DNA of 64,000 nucleotides from Octopus vulgaris. Taxonomy: Eukaryota. Below the pieces are notes generated by a model. It made no database searches and was not told the origin of the DNA. It worked only from the letters and a program-made list of their open reading frames with translations. Where the stretch lies: NCBI GenBank assembly GCA_951406725.2, contig OX597831.1, forward strand, positions 80,972,001-81,036,000, written 5' to 3'. This document shows, one piece after another, positions 55,797 to 64,000 of this stretch; positions within the stretch are counted from its first letter, which is position 1; every line of letters starts with the position of its first letter. Made by a program: the position numbers and the translations under genes.

Positions 55797-57090
55797 ATTG
55801 AACGATCCCACAAATATTGCGGTTTTTTTATCCTTCTTTTATTTTTAAAAATCAAGATAAACAAAGTTCTTTTTTAAATCTAGAATATACTCTCCATCAA
55901 TTTCTACAATGCTCTTCCATCTATCTAGAAGATTTGCAAGGCCCCTCTTCCAAAATTCCCTTGTCCGTGACGAAAAATACTCTTCCTGTGCTGTTCTGAC
56001 CTCATCTACAGAATTCATATTTTTTACGTCCAAATGATTTTGGAGACTGCGGAATAAATGATAATCAGATGAAGAAATATCGGTGAATATGGTGGGTGGG
56101 CCACCGTTTCCCATTCAAACTGCTCCAACCTTTGAAATGTCATCCTCACTATATGTAGCTGAGCATTATCCTGATTGAAGAACATCTTTCGTCTTGAAAC
56201 CAAAGATGGTCGTTTTTCTTCTAGCGCTGACTTAAGCCGCTCAAGCTGCTCACAGTAGATCTCCTTTGTTATCGTTCGGTTTGGGTTTAAAAGTTCAAAG
56301 TGGACTAAACCTTTCATATCCCAAGAAACAGATAACAATACCTTACATGGGTGAAGACCTTCTTTAGCCTGGGCTGCCAGTGTTTCTTCTTCCCCAAACC
56401 ACTGTCTTCGGTACTTGATATTTTTATAGAGAACTCTTTTCTCGTCACCAGTCACTATTCGGTCCAAAAAAGGTTTCATTCGTGAGACGTGACAGCAAAG
56501 AAGACCCGACATTCACTCTCTGCGTGTAATTAGACTTGGAAAGTTTATGAGGAACCCATTGACTCAATTTCCTGACTTTTTCCGATGGTATGCAGGTGTC
56601 GATGAATGGTTGAATGACCAAATCCAACCTTCTCTCCTAGTTCTTCTACAGTTTCGATGGAATTTTGTTCTACCAGAGTTTTCAGAACGTCCTGGTCGAG
56701 CTCTACAGATCTTCTAAGACGAGGTTCGTCTTCTTGGCTGTAGTTTCCGGTTCAGAATTTCTGGAACCCCCATTGACACTGGCTCATACTTATTGTCCGA
56801 TCCCCATACACTGCATTAATATTCTTTGCACTCTCCGTTGCGTTGCTGTCTTCATTGAACACATAAAACGAAATATGGCAAATATGCTCCTTTGTCACTT
56901 CCATTATAGCTTTGAAACGATAACTGTTAAAGTCGAACTGCACTCTTCAAAACTTGCACTAAGAATAAGAACAAGGTAACATTACTGTCTTATTTTATTG
57001 CAAGTTGATGCAGGTAGTTTATCCCGTCTCCTCCGACTTTTAGTTCATGCAAATGAAAAAACCCCGCTTTATTCATGGGATGACCCACCA
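55797..57090 (-). mobile_element. Near full-length degenerate mariner (D,D34D-type) transposon, ~1.3 kb
   Basis: MEVTKEHI..NATESAKNINAVYGDRTIS (HTH), WVPHKLS, FLDRIVTGDEK, QDNA..H, HPPYS..DISSSDYHLFRSL split by frameshifts; decayed TIRs (ATCCCACAAATATTGCGGTTTTTT at left, AAAAAACCCCGCTTTATTCATGGGAT at right). Confidence 0.9.
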
Positions 57091-57589
57091 TATATATTGA
57101 TATGTATAATGTAACGATAAATCTCCAGTATTTTTCTCCGTATTTATGATGCCTACATTAATCCCCAGTTTATGAAAGTCCAAACTCTCTGTCTGTTTAT
57201 CTATTCTCTCTCTCCTCTCCCCCTCTCTCATCCCCCTCTCTCTCTTTCCATACATAATGCAAGCTTTAATGGAAACCCAACTCATCTCTTTGTATGTAAT
57301 ATTTGCATTACTCTAATGTATGGAGGCCCCGACTCATCACTCTTTATACAATGTTAGCATTAGTCCCCAGCTTATAGACGATCCAATCCTTTTCTTTGTA
57401 TATTTAGTCCATATAATTGTCATCGAGCGAAGTGTTAAAATATCGAAGTTGACCCAAAAGCCAGAGACAAATAGATTTAACTCGATTCTAGTAAATTACC
57501 TCTGAATAAAGGGACCGGAGAGATGCAGCCGACAGAATTCTCGTCGAAATGATTTAGTTATGTAGCTTTACATTTAGTGTCTAAAGAAG

Positions 57590-57807
57590 GGTGAAGGGTG
57601 GATTGAATCGTTAGGGTGTTAGACGAAATGCCTTGCGGTAGTTGTTCCGGCTCTTTACGATCTGAGTTCAAATTTCACCGAGGTCAACTTTGTCTTTCAT
57701 CCTTTCGGGATCGATAAAATAAGAACTGGTCAAACACTGAGCTCGATGTATTCGACTAGCCCTACTCCTCATCCAAAATTTCAGGCCTGGTGCCTGTAGC
57801 AGAAAGG

Positions 57808-57815
<8 letters not shown>
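57590..57815 (+). mobile_element. SINE family B with (ATT)n tail
   Basis: CTGAGTTCAAATTTC..CTTTCATCCTTTCGGGATCGATAAAAT..GTAGCAGAAAGGATTATTATT. Confidence 0.8.
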
Positions 57816-57857
<42 letters not shown>

Positions 57858-57858
<1 letters not shown>

Positions 57859-58250
57859 TGATGAAAACTCTCATTTATTTTACTGGGTTATGATAGAAAG
57901 TGTCAGCTGTCCACAGCCCGCAGACTCAAGTGACACTTGTTTACTGATCATGTTTCAAGAATCCTGCGAAGCATTCTTGCATTTCCAAGCAATGTTGATT
58001 TTTGTAGGCGTTCTATCTTTACAGTCTTTTTCACCCATGTTGGTAGTTGCGTGCTTCCAAGCGCACCAATTCCTATTGGTATCGCGTCCGTTCTCTTCAT
58101 TGCCCACAACCTGCCTATTTCCCACTTCAAGTCGTCGTTGTTGTTCACTTCTACTTTTTGTTCTACCCGGATCTCAGTCTGGTTTTGGACCTTCCAGGGA
58201 ATCTATTGATGAGGCCTGTGCTTATCAACTACAGAAGTAATGTCACAACC
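57858..58250 (-). mobile_element. R4/Dong-like LINE extreme 3' fragment ending in (TAA)n
   Basis: DDLKWEIGRLWAMKRTDAIPIGIGALGS..IERLQKSTLLGNARMLRRILET*; short 3'UTR then TAATAATAA. Confidence 0.85.
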
Positions 58251-59433
58251 CAAGAACTAACACGAAACTTTAATTTCATAATTCGAGAAACATTGTGTTA
58301 AGTCCTATTTAAATTTGAAATAACAATTATCATTATGATTTTTAGAATTTGCATTTATATTATCATCATCATCATGAAGTATTATAATTCATTTAAATGG
58401 TATTAAATTAGAAAAATAAATGATTATTTTGAATTCTTCGCAAACATCTTATATCTACACAAGTCGAAAGCCAAAGTACGGTGCCAGTCTTCCACCCTGA
58501 TTCATTTTAGAGTAAAAATTAGAGTCAGGGATACGTTATTTCGCTTCCTCTTTTACCCATCGTCCTCTCAGCTATGTTTCAGCTCGATATATCGGCAAAT
58601 CTCATCTAGTGTCCAGATCTTCTTCCGAACAGAAAGCAAGCTATGTGGACAAGCAGTGGACAAACAGTCTCATACGACATGAGGAACTGAACTTGAGAAC
58701 GAAGGAGATTCTTCAGATTGTGTCACTTCAGTTGAAGCATCACAAACATTTTGCGCTCGTGTTTGGGAGAAAACGGTCATAAATTTTAGTTTAAGGACAA
58801 CAACAATAACAACAACGGCAAGAAGTAGGAAATTGGTGGAAGTTATTCGGGTGCCTGAATAAAAGCAGGAAAAATATAGACCACTTCCAAAGCCATCCCA
58901 AGCGACATTATGCAAGCCGTTGTTGTTATTGTTGTAGTCATCATCATCATTATCATTATCACCACCACCATCGCCACCATCACCACCATCACTACCACCA
59001 CTACCGCCACCAACACTACTTCCAGCAGCACCACCACCACCAACAACAACACTACTGCCACCAGCACTACCTTCCAATCCACCAATACCACCACCACCTC
59101 CACCACCACCGCCACCACCAACACCACCACCACCGCCGCCACCACCACTACCACTACCTTCCCACCCCCACCACCACCATGTGGCCAGTAGTCACAGCAG
59201 TAAAGTGAACCACAGTCAGTCAGTGCTGTCCCTGACACTCCATCTACAACAACAACACCACCCACCCACCCTGCGCGCCACACAATCATCGGTTCAGTGC
59301 AATGTTTTCATTGTACAAAAGTTGCAAATTAACACTTATTATATTTGGTTTCCGACAGCTTCAACGGACAGCTTTCAGTCACGTGATGGCGCTGCACATA
59401 TATGTGCGCATGTATGTGTATATATATATATAC

Positions 59434-59498
<65 letters not shown>

Positions 59499-59614
59499 CA
59501 TGTATGTATGTACAACCACACACACATGCATACGTATGACATAACACGTTCGTTCATAATTCGCACGGTTATACTAACATGCGCATAGGTATACATGTGT
59601 ATGTGTGTTTCTGC

Positions 59615-59656
<42 letters not shown>

Positions 59657-59659
59657 CAT

Positions 59660-59710
<51 letters not shown>

Positions 59711-60609
59711 ACATACATACACACACATATATATACACACACATACATATATATGTATGTGTATGTCTATGCATGTGTGTATGTGTGTGTGTTTATGTGT
59801 GTGTGTGTGTGTCTGCACGTTTGTGTGTATCCATATATACACTTATGGCTGCAAACTCTTGTTCAAGCATTGCCATCGCTTGAGCGCGAATCCTAGACAT
59901 GCGAAGGCCAGGACCAGGCATTTGTGTGATAGGTCTTATGACCGGCCATTTTTGTGATAGATCTTACTGTTGCTCTTGAAGCGATGCCTCTGCATGATGA
60001 GTTTTTATGGTGTGGAAAGGATTTGCACGAATCCAGTCCCACTCTGCGAACATGGACAATATAAACTCAAAAAGAAGAACTAGTCTACATCATCGAATCT
60101 TGTCAGTGTCGCAGGCTTTCTCTCAGAGTTTCCCTCTCCCAGAGAGATATTTTGACCACAACAGAGGGGCCTCTCACTCCCAGTAGGCCAAACGCACGCC
60201 TGGACTCCAACCCAGGTATTCCCACGTCCCCACACATACATACATGTATACATACAGGTGTACGCATATTGTTGGATGGTCGTTGACTGCAACATCGATA
60301 TTCCTCCCTGTGCCTGTAAAATCTTGTATCCCTGCCGTAAGGCCTTATTTTCATACTCACGCCAGCTTAATTTAATTCGTCCTTACTCGAATTAAATTTT
60401 CCGTTTTTCGCTGTTTTCTTCCAAGGAATCTAATGCTCTTAGCTTAGTTTTTCCTTGGGGTGGCCAGGTTGGAGCAATCTCGAGTATAATCAGCCGAAAT
60501 TGCGAAGATAATCTGGTACTCGACTGAGGAAAGAAAACTTTGAATGACCCGTCCTTGCTTTCTTTGTATCGTCTAACTGTCCGGATGTTTTGCGTTCTTG
60601 TCCCATTGG

Positions 60610-60644
<35 letters not shown>

Positions 60645-60759
60645 GCTTGACTTTGTTCGTTATTTCATAATTTTTATTATTTTTTGCCTATTATTTCTTT
60701 CCTTCATAAGCGACATAAAAAGCTGGTCTGTCGCACAATGTAAGACCCCCCCCCTTGAT

Positions 60760-60877
60760 GCCACTCTGATGAAGTTCCACTCTAATTTAGTCAAACGAAA
60801 TATTGCATAACTTTCCCACGAAACCATCAACGCGCGCAATAGCATTGGAAGCAGAGTGGGACCAAACCAGCAGTGAC
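60760..60877 (+). ncRNA. Hammerhead relic with long stem II
   Basis: GCCACT-CTGATGA-A-GTTCCACTCT..AGAGTGGGAC-CAAAC-CAGC-AGTGAC; 10-bp stem II, stem I 5/6, but GAAA is mutated to CAAA and there is no UH triplet. Confidence 0.5.
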
Positions 60878-60879
60878 TA

Positions 60880-61100
60880 ATGGTCCTTTCTAATATAAGC
60901 ACAGGGCCTGCAATTTAGACGAGGGAGAGGGATGAGTCGGTTTTCGTCGAACTCAGGGCTCAACTAGTACTTTTTTTTATGGACCTCGAAAGGTTAAAAG
61001 GCATAGTCGATCTCAGCAGAATTTGAACTCAGAACATAAAGACGGACAAAATATCGCTAAACATTTTGTCCAGCGTGCTAACAACTCTGCCAGCTCACCT
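60880..61100 (-). mobile_element. SINE family B, diverged
   Basis: GAATTTGAACTCAGAAC..CTGCCAGCTCACCTC. Confidence 0.75.
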
Positions 61101-61132
61101 CATTGATAATAATAATAATAATGATGATGATG

Positions 61133-61195
<63 letters not shown>

Positions 61196-61213
61196 GTAAT
61201 AATAATAATAGTA

Positions 61214-61274
<61 letters not shown>

Positions 61275-61926
61275 TAATAATAATAATAATAATGATAATA
61301 ATAATAATAATAATAATAATGATAATAATAATAATAATGATAATAATAAAAGCCGTATCTGGCTACATTTAAATGAACAAAGTGTGTCGTTCTCCAGTGT
61401 TTCTTGGTCAGGAAACAACAAAACAACAGCCATTGAGCCGAGTGGCCAGGCATTGCATACGAAATATTACAACAACAGCAAGAACAACAATGGATGTAAA
61501 GAAGACGACGACGACGACAACAATAACAAAAGGTATTTATGGATGTGTTTCAATTTAAACCGCCACGGCTACATCCGGTAAAAAAAAAGTTCCACTTCCG
61601 GCTTGTATAGCGTCGAATAGAATTGACGTCACGTAATGAAGTCAGCGTCTTCAGTTTAATGAATGCTCATTAAGTTACTCGTCTAAAAGCAAAATCCAGT
61701 TTCGATTCTCAAATTCAATATTTTTGTTTTGCTCTTGTTGTTGTTGTTAGTGCTGAAGAGGAGTGTGGTGGGGGGTGATGGTTGTGGTGGTGGTGGTGGT
61801 GGTAGTGGTTGTAGGGTAGTTGGTGATATTAGTGGTGCTGGTGGCGCTGGTGATGTTGTTGCAGTTACTATTGGGGCTTTAGTAGTTGAAGATCTTATTG
61901 TCTTTCTTTTTATTGTTGTTATTCTA

Positions 61927-62395
<469 letters not shown>

Positions 62396-62665
62396 GTACT
62401 ATATTCTTTTTAGGTGTATGTATTCTTGATTGAATGCTTGCGGCAAATACAATAATAATGATGATGACGATGATGATGATGAGGAAGAAGAGGAGAAGAG
62501 AAGGAAGAGGAAGAGGAGAGTGGCGACAAAAATGAAGAAGGAGTTGACTAGAGGAGGAAGAAAAAACGGGAAGAAAGTCAGGCGACAGCAACAACATCAA
62601 ACACTGCAGCAACAATAAGAACAACAACAACAGCAACGGTCATATTGATGCAACACAGGAAGAGC

Positions 62666-62706
<41 letters not shown>

Positions 62707-62962
62707 CGTTTGTTTGATTTGAGGTTGGGGATGGGGAGAACGCTAAGTGGAGAGAAATAGAAAAATGGGGACAAACACAACACTGGACCCTTACACTAAA
62801 TGTATAAACAAAGTATATACACACTTGGGGTGACCATAACACACACCACACACATATATTCATCAGCATACATGCATACATACAAACGTATATATATTGA
62901 ATATATATGTATGTATGTATACATCTCTCTATCTTCCTCGTATATATATATATATATATATG

Positions 62963-63000
<38 letters not shown>

Positions 63001-63032
63001 TACATATATATACACATATATATATGTGTATA

Positions 63033-63096
<64 letters not shown>

Positions 63097-64000
63097 CTCA
63101 TATATATATATATATATATATATATAAACAAGTATATATGTATATATATATTCAGAAACATATACATACATGCATACATATCTATACCTATATCTATATC
63201 TCTCTCTATATATATATTTATATACATACACATATATAAATGAATCTCTGTCTGTCTGTATTTATACACACACATATATATATGTATATATATGTATATA
63301 CATATGTATATCATATATGTATATATACATACCTATGTATACACCAGCGCGCGCGCACACGACTGAGTCGTAACAGAGACAGACGCATGTACATACATTA
63401 CATACATACATACGTGTGCATAAGCATTAACACAGACAAATGAACAGTAAGGGAAGAGAAAAAGAGGGAGAGAGAGAGAGAGAGAAAGAGAGAGGGAGAG
63501 AGAACTTGGGTGAGAAAACAAAGCAAAATTTGATGAAAATGGCAAAAAAAAATATTAATAAAAATCGAAGAACAAAAAGAAAAAAAAAAAAAAGAAAAAT
63601 ACAGCAATCCGAAATCAAAACCCCAAAAAACTATAATCGGAAAACGAAAAACGAAAAATCGTTAAATGGAAAGAAGAGAAAAGTAAATGTTTCGAAAAGA
63701 AAGTAAAGAATGAAATCATTAAAAGTGTGGAACGGAAAAGCATTTAAAAGAGAACTAGTTTGGAATAAGAAAAGTGTAAGAGGCTTCTAATATCTAATAT
63801 TAGTGGCTGCTGCATATCTGTGCATTCATTAGGGAGATTAATGGCCGACAGAAGAGTTGTTCGCTTGTGTGGCTGGGCGACATTTTTGTTTCACATAGAA
63901 ATTATTGTCATTAACACTGCTTAGAGTTAACTCGGCTCTTCTCTGGATGTTTCTTCTGGCGATAGTCTTGTGGTTGTTGTTGTTGTTGTTGTTGGTGGTG

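Overview
Gene-free, AT-rich eukaryotic DNA saturated with microsatellites ((AAT)n, (TA)n, (CA)n, (ATCT)n, (TACA)n, (GAT)n, (ACC)n) and retroposon debris. The SINE families and repeat landscape suggest an octopus (cephalopod) intron or intergenic region; this is recognition by eye, not a database result. Almost all ORFs in the supplied track are microsatellite artefacts and no host protein-coding exon is supported. Real content: (i) a Tx1/L1-clade element with an intact ORF1 but ORF2 collapsed to an in-frame 49-codon stub, inserted in (ATCT)n, and a related 5'-truncated copy in (AAT)n; (ii) R4/Dong-like, RTE, CR1/L2-like and Penelope-like LINE fragments; (iii) two mariner elements; (iv) four tRNA-derived SINE families in many copies; (v) a 2.2-kb array of a 43-bp palindromic unit; (vi) several fold-back structures and at least six hammerhead-ribozyme-like motifs. 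The most striking of these is a ~390-nt rod-like hairpin (122-bp perfect arms) whose tip is a type I hammerhead carrying a compensatory U3-A8 core pair. Boundaries of degraded elements are approximate.
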